Source of the DNA: Scenedesmus sp. PABB004
Lineage: Eukaryota
Length of the DNA stretch: 64,000 nucleotides
Direction of reading: 5' to 3'
Assembly (NCBI GenBank): GCA_014905635.1
Contig: JABVCE010000028.1
Location: 186,001 to 250,000 of the forward strand
Shown here: piece by piece, positions 9,902-25,483 of the stretch
Position numbering within the stretch: the first letter of the stretch is position 1
Layout: the number at the start of each line of letters is the position of its first letter
Translations under genes and position numbers: made by a program
Notes under the pieces: model-generated
Told to the model about the DNA's origin: nothing
The model's input: the letters and a program-made list of their open reading frames with translations, nothing else
The model's database searches: none

Positions 9902-12900
9902 ATGCGGCCCGCTCGGGGGCGGGCCGCAGGCTCGGTGCTGCTGCTGCTCTCGTGCGTGCTGGGCGTCGTGCGCGGCGCGTCCGCGCCGGCCCCGACGCCC
10001 TCCGGCGGTGCCGATCTTCCCGCCTGTCCCGGCCCCGGGCCGCCAGGCGGCGCGGAGACGCTGGTGGCCCAGGACTGCGCCTTCGGGGACGCCGGCGAGG
10101 CGCGCGGGGGCGCCCTCGCGGGCGCCCTGGGCCCCGGCGCCCCCCCGCGCTCGTGGCCGCGCGACGGCCGCCCGGCGCGGCGCCGGCGCCGGCAGGTGCG
10201 GCAGCGGGCGCAGCAGCGGCGCGGCGGCGCCCCCGCGCCCGCTGCGCGCGTGCGCGCCCACGCCCCGCGCCCCCGCTCCCGCGGCAGGCTCCTGGCTGTC
10301 CCTGTCCCGGGTCATACTGGCAGGCTTTGCGCTGCCCGACCCCGGCGGCGCGGGCGGCCTCGTGCCGGACGGCCTGGGCGCGGAGCGCGTGACGCTGCAG
10401 GACGTGCGCGTGCTCGTGGACGGCCCCACGCTCGCGGCGCACGTGGCGTACTTTCAGGCCCGGGCCGTGCGCATCTACACGGTGCGCGGCCGGGCGCCGC
10501 ACCGCACCGCACGCGGCGCGCGGCGCGCCCGCTCCGGCCCGCGCCGCAAACGCCGCGCCGCGCCGCGCCGCCCGCGCGCAGGACGAGCGCACCTTCCTGC
10601 ACGTCAACTATTACGCCGCCGGCGGCGCCAGCTGGCAGGGCGTGGGCCTGCTCGTCGCGGCCGACGTCGCGGACGCGCGCGCCAGCGGCGCGGTGCCGGG
10701 CGCCGGCGCGCTCGCCGCGTGGGCGGCGTCGCCGCCGCGGTCCGGCTACGTGCTGTCCGCCGACAACGCCACGCTCGTGCCGCTGCTGCGCCGCCTCGGC
10801 GCCGCGGAGGGCGGCGCGCCGGCGCTGGTGTACATCACGGCCAACGTCACGCTGTCCAAGCCGCCCGCGCTGCCCGGCGGCGTGCCGGTGCTGCGCCCGC
10901 TCGCGCTCGTCGGCCTGTCGAGCGCCAAAACCAGCCTCGACCAGGCGATGACGCCCAACAGCCTCATCCTCTCCGCCCCTGGCAGCCGCCTGACCGTCGA
11001 CTCGCTCGTGCTCGAAAACATGGGCCCCGGCGACTCGCGCTCCGCCGAGGTCGCGCGCCCGCTGTCGGTCAGCAGCGCGACCAACTTCTGGGCGCTCTGG
11101 TACCCGCGCAGCGAGCGCCGCCTGCTCATCCGCAACTGCACGCTCGTGCTGGGCGGGCAGCGCGAGCTCGACTACTACCTGTATTGGTGAGCCCGCCGGC
11201 CGGCGCCAAGCGGGCGGCGGCGCAGCCCAGCGTGCACGGCGCCCAAGCGGGCTGCGGCACAGCCCGGCGTGCACGGCGCCGCGGGGGCCCGGGGGTCTGA
11301 CCCGTCGCCGCCGACCCGCGGCCGCCGCCGCGGGCGCCAGGGCGACGGTGTACCACTCGTCGCTGCCCTACTTCAAGCAGCTCGCGCGCTTCATCCGCGA
11401 CGTCATACAAATGACCACCTGGCAGGCGCGCACGCGCAGCGCAGCACGCGGCGCGGCCCCGCGCGGCCGCGGCCGCGGCGGCGCGCGGCGGCGCGCGGCG
11501 GCGGCCCCGCCCACGCGCCGACGCGCGCCGCGCCGCCGCGGTGGCGCCCGCAGCTCGCCGACGCGGCGCGCGGCGACTCGGTGATGGTGGTGAAGAGCGA
11601 CGCGGGATCGTGCGTGGTCGAGGACACGCGGTTCGTCGTGGGCAACGTCGTCGCGCCGCCGATGGAGCGGCCGCCGCTCGACCCGGCGCTGCAGCTGCCC
11701 GAGTCGGACAAGAGCCCCCTCATCACCGCGGCCAGCAGCGTGCCGGCGCTGCGGGTGCGCGCGCGGGGCGCCGCGCCGCGCCGCGCGCCGCCGCGCCGCG
11801 CCGGGCCGCGCCGAGCTGCGCGCGCGCCGCCGCGCTGGTGCGCGCGACGCGCAGGAGCAGCTGGAGCCGCTGGGCCCGAGCGAGGCGGGGCGCACGCACG
11901 TGGTGCTGCTGCGCACCAACATCACGCTCCCCAGCGCCGGCGCCGCGGGCGGCAACGCCGGGCTCGGCCCCGGCCTGCCGCCGACGGGGGTGCCGCTGCC
12001 GTTCCCGGTTATGGTCCTGGGCGAGATCAGCACGCTGTCCGGGGTCGACCGCGAGCCGCTCGCGCTGGACCTGGGCTACGCGCGCGACCTGCTGGACGTG
12101 CCCGACGGCGCAAAGGAGGGCCACCTGCAGCTGCAGCACCTGCTGCTGCGCGGCCTCGCGCAGGGCCCCGCCGCGCACGCCGCCGCGACGCTCGACGCGC
12201 CCGCAGCGTGGACGGTGCTGCTGTGGATGGCGCGGCGGTGCGGCGCGCCGCGCGCCGCACCGCCGCGAGCGGCAGGCGCCCTGCGCTGCGCGCCACGGCC
12301 GGCGCGCGCGCCGCGCCCACCGGCGCCGCCCGCTGTCGCAGGACCGCGACGGAGAGCGTGCTGCTGTTGGCGTGCACGCTGGAGCTGCCGGCGCCCGAGT
12401 TTGAGGCGCTGCGTTTGCTGGCGGAGGACGCCGGGGGTGAGGTGGTCATCAGGCTGTCAGGTGCGGCGGCAACCGCTCGCCTCCGGCCGCCGCCGCGCGC
12501 GCCGCCGCGCGCGCCGCCAACGCGCCTCCGTGGCCCGCAGGCAACGCGCGCGGCAGCGGCGACGGGCTGCTGGTGATGGGCGGCGTGACGGCAACCGACG
12601 GCGCGCTGCAGGTCGGCAGCCTGAGCGGCCACGGCCTGGCCGGCGCCAACCTCACGCTGCTGCCCGCGCACGGCGGCGCGCTGCCGCCAGACTACAGCTG
12701 GCCCGGCGGGCCCGTGCGCAACGTTGCCGCGCCCGCGGCGCGCGCGTTCGGCGGGCCCGCGCTCGCTGCGGCGGTGGCGGTGCCGCTGGCGGCGCTCGCG
12801 GTCGCGGCGCTCGTGGGTGTGGCGCTGCTGCTGCGGCGCCAGCGCCGCGCGCGGCGCCCAAGCGACCTGGAGAAGCCCCCGGGCGGCTGCTTCGACGACC

Positions 12901-13639
12901 AGCTGCTGCCGCTGCCGCGCCGCGCCGGCAGCGGCTGCTCGAGCGCCAGCGACCGCGGCGGCGGCGACGGCGGCGGCGGCGACGGCGGACTTGCGGGCGC
13001 CGCCAGTCGCAGCAACCGCGCCGGCGACGGCGCGAGCCTGGGGAGCATCAAATCTGGCGCCAAGCGCCCAGCGCCGCTGTCCACGGGCCGCGGCGACCAG
13101 GACCCGCTGCCGGGCGTGCCGCCCGGCAGCGGCCTGCTCGACCGCAGCCCGCGGGCCGCCCCCGCGGGGCCCGTGGCGCCGGACCTGGCGGCGGACGTGC
13201 TCGTGGCACAGCGGCGCGCGCACAGCGCCTCGGACGACCAGGGCGACGGCTGCAGCGGCCCGGTGCGGCCCGCGGCGGGCACGCGCCAGCGCGAAGCGCC
13301 AGGCAGCGGCGCGGTCGAGCTGATCCAGGTGGGGCCAGCGGGTGACGGCAGCAGCGGCACCAGCGGCACGCGCGACAGCGCGTCGTCGATCGAGGACCGG
13401 CTGACAGCGCACGAGGGCTCGTTGCTGCAGCAGCTGCCCGCGGACAAGGCGGCGCCGCGGGGCAGCAAGCCCGTCCCTGGCCATCAGGGGGCGGCGCGGA
13501 CGGGCGCGTCGTGCTGGAGCATGGACCCCGCGGCGCTGGCGGCGGCGGCGGCGCACCTGCAGCAGCGCGCGCAGGCGGCTGGCGCGCGCCCGGGCAGCGC
13601 GCTGCTCTCGCTGCAGCCAGCGCAGCAGCGGTCGGAACG

Positions 13640-13670
<31 letters not shown>

Positions 13671-13672
13671 CA

Positions 13673-13732
<60 letters not shown>

Positions 13733-16066
13733 GCGGCGGCGGCCGCAGCGCGTCTCCTTTGAGCAGGAGGCGGCGCCGGGCTCGCCGCGCGCCGCGGCGG
13801 CAGGCGTGCCGTCGGACGGCGGCAGCGGCGACGACTCGGGCAGGGGCCCGGGCGCGGCGCCGTCCAAGCCGTGGCACCGCATGTCGAGCGCGATCAGCCT
13901 GCTGCAGCAGGACATCACCCAGCGGCGGCTGGCGGCGGCGATGGCAGGCAGTCCGACCGAGCACGCGGCGGCCACGCCGCGCAGCGCCTCGCAGCCGTGC
14001 AGCGCGGCGGAGGGCCTGAGCGGCGCCAGCGGCGGCGCGTGCGGCTCGGGCGAGCCCGCCTCGCCGCCGCCGCCCGCCGACGGCGGCGGCGCCGGCGGGC
14101 GGCCGGGCAGCACGGACGAGGGCGCCGCGGCGCTGGCCCCGCGTCCGTCCTCGGCCCCGCTCGTGCCGCAGCTGCAGCTGCTGGACATCATTGGCCGCGG
14201 CACCTTTGCCACGTGCGCGCGCCGCGCCAGCGCCGCCCACAGCCGCGCGCGCCGCCGCGCCCGCCGCTGCCGCCGGCGCCGGCCCGCCCCAACCCGCGTG
14301 CGCGCGCGCCCGCCCCGGGTGCCGCCGCCGCCGCCGCGCCGCAGCGTGTTCCGCGCCGTGTGGCGGGGGCGCTGCGTGGCGGTCAAGGTCGTCGCGCTGC
14401 CCGCCGACGCGCTGCCCGAGCCCGGCGCCGGCGGGGGCAGCGGCCCCGCCGCGCAGCTGCAGAGCCGCGAGCGCATGGCGGTGATGGAGGCGGTGGTCAG
14501 CATCACGATGAGCCACCCCAACATCGTGCAGGCGCGGCGCCGCGGCGCGGCGCGGGTGTCGGCCGCGCGGCTCGCGCACCTACGTGCTCGCGCGCGCCCG
14601 CGCCCACGCGCTGCCGCGCCGCGCCGCCGCGCCGCCGCGGCCACGCCGCGCGCAGGTGTACAGCTACGCGCTGAAGCCCCTGCCGCCGGCGCTGCCGCCG
14701 GGCGGCGGCGCGGCGGCGCTCGAGGCGGCGGCCGCGGCCGCGGCCGCGGCCGCGGCCGCGGGCGCGGCGTCGCCGGCGTGCGGGGAGGGCGCGGGCGGGT
14801 GGGAGCTGCAGCTGGTCATGGAGTACGCGGAGGAGGGCTCGCTGCGCACGGCGCTGAACCAGCGCCGCCTGTCCGCGCCGGGCGGCGACGGGCTGCCCGC
14901 GCTGCACCTCGTGCTCGCGCTCGCGCACGACGTTGCGTGCGCCATGCTGCACCTGCACCAGGTCCGTGGGGTCCACGTCCCTGGTCCATCCCGCCGCGGG
15001 CGGTGCCCCGCACCGCCTCTCGCAACTCGCCGCACGCCCCGCGCGCCCTGCCCCCGCACGACCCCGTGCGTCCCGCCGCCGCCGGCCGGCCGCAGGAGCA
15101 CCTCATCCACGGTGACCTCAAGGCCTCCAACGTGCTGCTCACGCGCGGCTCCGCGCCCCTCGTCAGCGGCGGCGGCGGCGCCGCGCGCGTCGCGCGCGTC
15201 GCCGGCGTCCCCGGCGGCGCGTCGTGCGAGGCGCTGCTCGCGGCATGCCAGGCGGCCGGCGGCGGGCGGCTGGTCGCCAAGGTCGCCGACTTTGGGCTGA
15301 GCCTCAGCCTCAACCCGGGCGAGACGCACGTCAGCCACATGCACGCGGTGCGCGGCGAGAGGGCGGGGCAGCACCGCGCCTCGGGGCCGCGCCGACGCGG
15401 GGCGGCGGCCGACGCGCCCGCCGGCGACGCCGCGTGCGCAGGGCACGCTCACGCACATGGCCCCCGAGCTGCTGCTGCACGGGCGCTGCAGTCGCGCGAG
15501 CGACGTGTACGCGTTTGGCATTCTGGTCTGGGAGCTGGCGACCGGCCGCCGCGCGTTTGCGGGCGTGCCGGTCGCGCTGCTGGGGCACCACGTTGCGCAC
15601 CAGCGCTGGCGCCCGGGCTGGCCGCCGGGCGTCGCGGCGCCCGTGTGCGCGCTGGTGGAGGCGTGCTGGGCGCAGGAGGCGGGCGCGCGGTGCGCGTGGC
15701 CGCGCCGCGGGCGCGCGCTGAGCGCCCGCCGAGCTGCCCCTCGGCGCGCGAGCGCCGACGCCGCGCCGCGCCGCCCGCCGCTGCCGCCGCCGCCGCCGCC
15801 GCCGCCGCAGGCCGGACTTCCAGCAGATCCTGCAGTGGCTGGAGCAGCTGCTGCAGTTCTCGCCGGAGGAGCTGGCCAGCCCCACGCTCGCCGCGGCGGC
15901 CCGCGGCGCGCCCCCGCAGGCGCCCGCGCCGGCGGAGGCGGGCGCGCAGGCGCCCGACGGCTCGCAGCAGCACTGCGCGCAGCCGCACGGCGCCGCGGCG
16001 CTCCCGGAGCAGGCGGGCGCCGCCTGTCACGACGACCTGACGGGCGGGTGGAGCATGAAGGCATGA
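9902..16066 (+). CDS. Receptor-like (TKL-type) protein kinase: signal peptide, large ectodomain, one TM helix, polyQ linker, kinase domain; many introns
   Basis: Signal VLLLLSCVLGVVRGA; TM AAAVAVPLAALAVAALVGVALLL followed by RRQRR; IIGRGTFA, VAVK, HPNIVQ, LVMEY, IHGDLKASNVLL, KVADFG, GTLTHMAPE, SDVYAFGILVWE, R|PDFQQI; TGA at 16064-16066. Confidence 0.9.
13641..13730 (+). repeat. Coding (CAG)n polyglutamine tract in the kinase
   Basis: About 30 codons, nearly all CAG with two GAG. Confidence 0.9.
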
Positions 16067-16769
16067 GATGAGAGCGCGGCGGGGGGGGGGGGGGGGGGCA
16101 ACTGCGCAGTGCAGTGGTGGTGGCGAGCGCGCGCGGCCGGGGCGGCGGCCCGCGCACGGCAGCGGTCGGTTTGACGGCGGTCGTCGCCATTTGTTGTTGC
16201 TGGGTCCCCCCATCTTTGCGGCACCTGTTGGTGCGCGACCGCACACCGCACACTCTCCTGCGCACCGCGCAACTGCGCAACCGCCGCAACCCGCGCCGTC
16301 GGCGCGCGGGGGGCTCGCTGGGCGCGCGCCTGCGGCACACGGCCTCACTTCCAACTTCACTCGGTGCAGATCTTCACGGCGCAAAGAGAGAAGGGGGGGA
16401 ACTTGGTGGCGACGAAAGATCGCGCGTGTTGTCGGTCGTGTTGTCGGTCGCGGTTGCAACGCACTAGTGGTGGTGTCGGAGTGAGTGAGCACGACAGCAC
16501 TGACACTAGGTCAGCACTGAGCCCTGCTGCTCCAGCGGCACGCGCGGTAGAACGTGGTAGAACGTGGCGGTTGTGGAGGTCGCTTCTGGCGTCGGAACGT
16601 TTCGGTTTGCTCACGCGGCAACGAGGAGGCCGCGGCCGACCGCGCATCGCCTCGCAGCAGCGCCGCCGCCGAGACCTGCGCCCAGCGCGCGCGAAACCGG
16701 CGGCAGAGCTCAGCGCCGGCATCGCCGTCACCTGCGCGGGATCGACACAGCGCGGGCGGGGGCCACGCA

Positions 16770-17538
16770 ATGCAGGCGCGCGGGGCGGGCGGCATCTCGG
16801 GCGTGCTGCTGCGCCCCGCCCGGCCGCTCCCAGCCGCCCACGCCGTCGTGCGCCGCGCCCCACGCGCAGGCGCTACGCTCACGGACTCTCTCGGCGGCCG
16901 GCAGCCCGCCGGCGCGCAGGTCGGCGCGGCGGCGACCGGCAGCAGCGCGGCGCGGCAGCGCCCGCGGCCGCATGCATGCGCCGCGTCACCGCGCCGCCCG
17001 CCCCGCGCGCAGGCCGCAGCTGGCGCCCGCACGCGGCGGCCGGCGCGGCGCGGTGCGCGTGGCGGCCAAGGCGCGCACGACCGGCAATGAGGCGCTCGAC
17101 GGTGCGCGCCGCCGGCTGCTGGCGCACCGCGGGCGCTGCCGCGCCGCGCTGCGCCGTGCAGGCCGCGCCGGCCCGCCGCCGGCGACGCCCGGCCGCACTG
17201 CGCCCCGGCCCGCAGGCGCGATCGAGCGCGCGGCGGGGCTCGTCGAGGGCGCAGCCGGGCTGGTGCCGGAGAGCGTGCCGCGCCCGCTCGCAAAGGGCGG
17301 CGTCGCGGTCGCGGGCGCGCTGCTCGCGTTCTGGGCGCTGCAGAAGCTCGTCTCGACCGTGCTGACGGTCGCGCTGCTCGGCGGCGCGGCGTGGTGGTAC
17401 TTCCAGTACGCCGGCGGCGACGGCGGCGGCGGCGGCGCGGGCGGCGGCGGCGGCCGGCGCGACGAGCGCGGCGCCGCCGACTTTGACGACCCGCTGGCCG
17501 AGGCGCGCCGCATCATGGGCAAGTACGACAAGAAGTAG
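16770..17538 (+). CDS. Small conserved plastid membrane protein of unknown function, 4 exons
   Basis: Spliced MQ|ALRSRTLSAAGSPPARR|PQLAPARGGRRGAVRVAAK (transit-like), then VPESVPRPLAKGGV, two hydrophobic segments and DDPLAEARRIMGKY. The first intron has an AG|GC donor after only two codons. Confidence 0.75.
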
Positions 17539-17945
17539 CGCGGGGCCCCGTGAGACGAGAGACGAGAGCGCGCGGGCGGGCGGGCCCGTCTGTTGCTGCT
17601 GCGGCGCGCGTTTTGAACCCTGGCGGCAGGCCGCGGGCGCTCACTCCCGCTCGCAGCTGCTGCGCCCCGCCGCTGCGCCGCCGCCGCCGCGCCGCCGCCC
17701 CACCGCGGCGCGCGCGCCGCCGCAGCGCCCACTCTCGGCGGCCCCGTCTCCGCACCAGCACCAGACCCAGCAGCGTGCCAGAGGCCCGCGACGCGCGTGC
17801 ACCTCACGCCACCGCGAGCAGCTGCTGCTCTCAAGCACGCCCGCCGTTCGCCGCCCAGCGCGCGTGGCGTGGGCGAGCGCGCGCGGGGGCGTGCTCGCGC
17901 GGGCGTGGCGCGCCTGCGGGGCGCGGCCCGCTCTGCGCGAACGCG

Positions 17946-19023
17946 ATGGCATCTGAGGACTTCGACGAGGGCGCGCTCTACTCGGACGACCACGACACCG
18001 CCAGCAGCGAGCCCGACGAGCCGGAGGCGGGCGCGTCGGGCGGCGGGGGCGGCGCCAAGGCGGAGCGGGGCGTCGCCATCGGTGCGTGCGCTCCCGCCGC
18101 AGGCCGCCGCACGCCGGGTGGCGCGTTCCCGGACGGCCGCGCTGCCCTCGGGCGCCTGGGCGGGCGCGCAGTGCGCGCGGGCGCCCCGGCGCGCCAGGGC
18201 GGGCGGGCGAAGTCGGCGCGCTCACCACCCGCCCCCGCCCGCGCCGCGCAGGCGCAAGCTCGGCGTCCCACGCCAGCAGCACGCTGCGGGCGAGCTTCGG
18301 GGACGACGAGCTGCGCGTGGGGAGCATCCCCACGGCCAGCCCGCCGGTGGACGTGCCGGCGATGCGCCCGGCACGCCGCGCCGCGATGGCGGCCTCCATG
18401 CAGGCCCCCCGGGCGCAGCCGACCCACCGCCTGGTGCGCCGGGCCGCGCCGGCGCGCGATCGGGGACGGCCAGCAGCCGCGCGCCGCGCGCCGCCGCCGC
18501 TGCTGGCGGCCGCTGTCGCTGCTGCTGCTGCCGTTGCCCGCGCGCCGCTCGCCCCACACCGCCCCGCCGCCCCCGCCGCCCGCGCGCGCAGGGCACGTCG
18601 GCGCCGATCGCCATCCCCAACATGATGAACCGCTGGCGCTCCGACGGCGGCAAGCCCGGCGCCGGCCCCGCCGGCGAGGGCGCGGCGACGTTCGTGCCGC
18701 CGCACCAGCTCTCGCGGCAGGACGACTTTCAGTTTTCGTTCAACGGCGCCTCGCCGAGCGCGACGCTCAAGCGCGAGCGCCTGCGCACGCGCAACGCGAT
18801 CCTGCGCAGCACCGGCTTCCTGGAGCCGGGCGCGGGCGGCGGCGAGGGCGGCGGCGGCGGCGGCGGCGCAGGCGCGGCGGCGAGCGCGGCGCTGCCGGTG
18901 CCGCGCGGCGCGGGCAGCGGCGGCGGCGACGGCGGCGGCGGCGGCGGCAGCCTGCCGCGCACGCCTGTGGTGCTCGCGGCGGGCGGGCTCACGGCGGCGC
19001 TGAGCACCATCGGCGAGGCGTGA
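17946..19023 (+). CDS. S40 senescence-regulator (DUF584) family protein, 3 exons
   Basis: N-terminal EDFDEGALY, SAPIAIP, FVPPHQL and C-terminal TLKRERLRTRNAILRSTGFLE, all hallmark motifs. Confidence 0.88.
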
Positions 19024-19938
19024 TGCGGCGCGCGCGCCGCAGCCGGCGGCGGGCGGCCGGGCGCGGGCGGCGCTGCAGCGGCAGCGGCGGCCGCGCCAGC
19101 CGGCGTGAACCAGGGGGCGGGGAGGGGGGCGAGCCTGCTGGGAGGAGCAGGCGCAGCTGCAGGCGCGCTGCGAGGCGTGCGCGAGCTGCTGGGGGCTGGG
19201 GCTCTGTTGATGATGATGCGCCGCGCCTCGCCGCGGCGCGGCGGGGAGGGGCCTGGGCTGCAGCGCCGCGCGCCGCACGGGCAGCAGCGGCGCCGGCGGG
19301 GGCGGTGCACCGGCTGGCAGCGTAGCGCCACCTTATCGCAGGCGATGGTGTCGCGGTTTGTGCATGTGTGGGGCGCTTGGCGGCAGCGCGCGGGCGCGCG
19401 CGTGCGCGTTTGCGGGCGCGGCCGCCGCGCGGCGCGCGGCGCTCGCAGCCAGCTGCCGGTGCTGCTGCGCGCGGCGTGCTGCTGCTTGCCGACCTGACCG
19501 CTGACGGAGCCGACCGCAGGCGCTCCAGCTCCGCGTGTGAGTGATTTAGCTCGCGCACGACCTGACTGACCGCGGGCCATCCCTGCCCGCCTGACAGCTA
19601 GAGCGGCCTTGGTTTGGGGGCGGCGGCGGCACGTGGTGCGCGCCAAGTTTTTCCATGCGTTGCGGCGCGCGCCGAGGCTGGGGGGGATGCTTGGCGTGGC
19701 TCGCAGCGCCGGCCGGCGCAGGCAGGCAGGCCCCATCGGGCCGCAGCCGCTGGCCGGCGCTGCTGCTGCCGCTGGTAACGCGCCGAGGGGAGGATTCACC
19801 TCGCGCCTTCACCTCGCGCCCACGCCCGCGCGCGGGAGCCCCCGCCAACTCGTGACCGACAGAGTTTCAGCCGCCGCGCCCCCGCAGACGCCCGCCGCCC
19901 GCCGGCGTAATGTACAGGGCCCGCCCGCCGCCCCCGCC

Positions 19939-23775
<3,837 letters not shown>

Positions 23776-24304
23776 GCAGCAGGCGGCGCTGCGGCCGGCG
23801 GCCAGGGCTGCTGGCCGCGCGGGGGCGTGCCCGGCTGCAGCAGCAGCAGGCGCCCTTCTGATCGTTTCGCGTGCGCGCGGCACGCAGCGGTGGCTGGGGG
23901 CCTGCAGTCGGACCTGGCCGCCGCCAGCAGCGCCGCCCCGGGCGCAGGGCCCGGGGCGTGCGGCTCCGGGGCGGCGGCGGCAGGTGTAGACACAGGGCGG
24001 GGCGCGCAGCTGCGCGCCGGCGGTGTAGCTAGCCAGCGCGTGGGTCCTCGGACGCTCTGCCGCAGCGGCAGCAGCAGCAGCAGCGTAGGTCGGCGGGGTC
24101 GGCTTGGGGCGGGGTGCAGGCGGGCGGACCGTGCGCAGCGTGGGTGTGCAGGTGCACAGATCATGCTTTTGACCCTCGGCGGGCGCGGCTCGGCGCGATC
24201 CAGCGTAACGAGCCCGCACATCGTTCCACCGCAGGGGCCGCCGCCCTGGCAGCCGCCGCCCGCACTGCCTCGGCCCCCAGCGCGCGCCCGGCCGCGGCGC
24301 GGCA

Positions 24305-24815
24305 TCAGCTGAACTCGAGCTCCGCGTCCAGCTCCGCCAGCGCGTCGGTGGGCAGCTGCAGGAAGAGGTTGAGGAACCAGTCGCCGCCCTCAACCCGCGG
24401 CACGCGCGACACGCCAACCAGCCTGCGTGGCGGGCGCGGCGGGGCGGCGGCGGTCGCGGAAGCCGCGCGCGGCCATCGCCAGCGCGCCCGGGCGCGCGCG
24501 CCGCCCCTCGCCCGCCGCCGCCGCCGCTCGCCTCGCCCTGCCGCCGGCGAGGCGCGCGCCGGTCGCGGCGTGGATCTCCCCGGACGACGCCTCGGTCGTG
24601 AGCGTGGTCGTGACCTGCAGCGGCGGCGCGGTGTAGACGGCGCCGACGCGGAAGCAAAACTCAGCGTCAAACACCAGGTCCAGCCGCCCGGTCGCGGTGT
24701 CGAGCTCGCCCTCGAGCTTGCGCGGCCGGATCGCGATCTCCAGCGGCGGCGGCAGCGGCAGCCCCAGCACCGACGCGGTGCGCCAGGAGAGCGCGGGGAT
24801 GGCCAGCCCTGGCGC

Positions 24816-24848
<33 letters not shown>

Positions 24849-25204
24849 TGAGGGGTCGGGGGCGCGCCGCACGGCCGCGCGGCCGCGCGCGGCCGCCCAC
24901 CGGCGGCGTCAAACGCGAGCGCGACGCGGCCGCCGCCGAGCTGCGTCACGGAGCCGGCGCCGCCGCCGGACGAGGCGTCGTAGGCAAAGCGGGGGTAGCG
25001 GGCCACCGCGAGCGCGCAGCCGGCGCCGGTGCGCAGGCGCACGCGGCTGGCCGCGCCGGCGTCCGCCGCTGCCGCCGCTGTGGCCACTGCTGACACCAGG
25101 GCTCTGCTGCACCGGCAGCGCCAGCCGGCGGCGGGCGCGCGCGGCGGGCCAGCCGCTGCCGCTGCTGCGGCACCACGCGTGGGCGCCGGCCGCTGCAGCA
25201 GCAT
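24305..25204 (-). CDS. Conserved cyanobacterial/plastid-type protein of unknown function, 3 exons
   Basis: Transit-like N-terminus; CALAVARYPRFAYDASSGGG, LAIPALSWRTASVLGLPLPP, FDAEFCFRVG..YTAPPLQVTTTLTTE and FLNLFLQLPTDALAELDA. Confidence 0.7.
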
Positions 25205-25483
25205 GGTGCGCCGCCGCTGCTGGCGCTGGTGCTGCTGCTGCTGCGTGCTGCTGGAGGTGGGGTGAAGGCGGTGTGGTGGGCGCAGCCATAGCGGTGCGCG
25301 AAACCGCTGCCGCCGCCGCGGCTGGACTCGAGCGGTCGGGTGACACCGCGATGCGGAGCTCCCAAACGCCGGCCCACCCTGCGCTCAGCTGACCCTCCCT
25401 CCGTCGCGCCCCCGCCGTGCCGGGGCAGCTCGCGCGCTCGCGTGTGGGCGCCCGCCCGACAGCTGCGGCGCCGCCGCACGTGC

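Noticed and set aside
16340..16620. Lower-GC stretch with short direct repeats (GTGTTGTCGGTC x2, GTAGAACGTG x2)
   Set aside because: There are no terminal inverted repeats or repeat-spacer structure; most likely ordinary promoter/UTR sequence, not a MITE or CRISPR.
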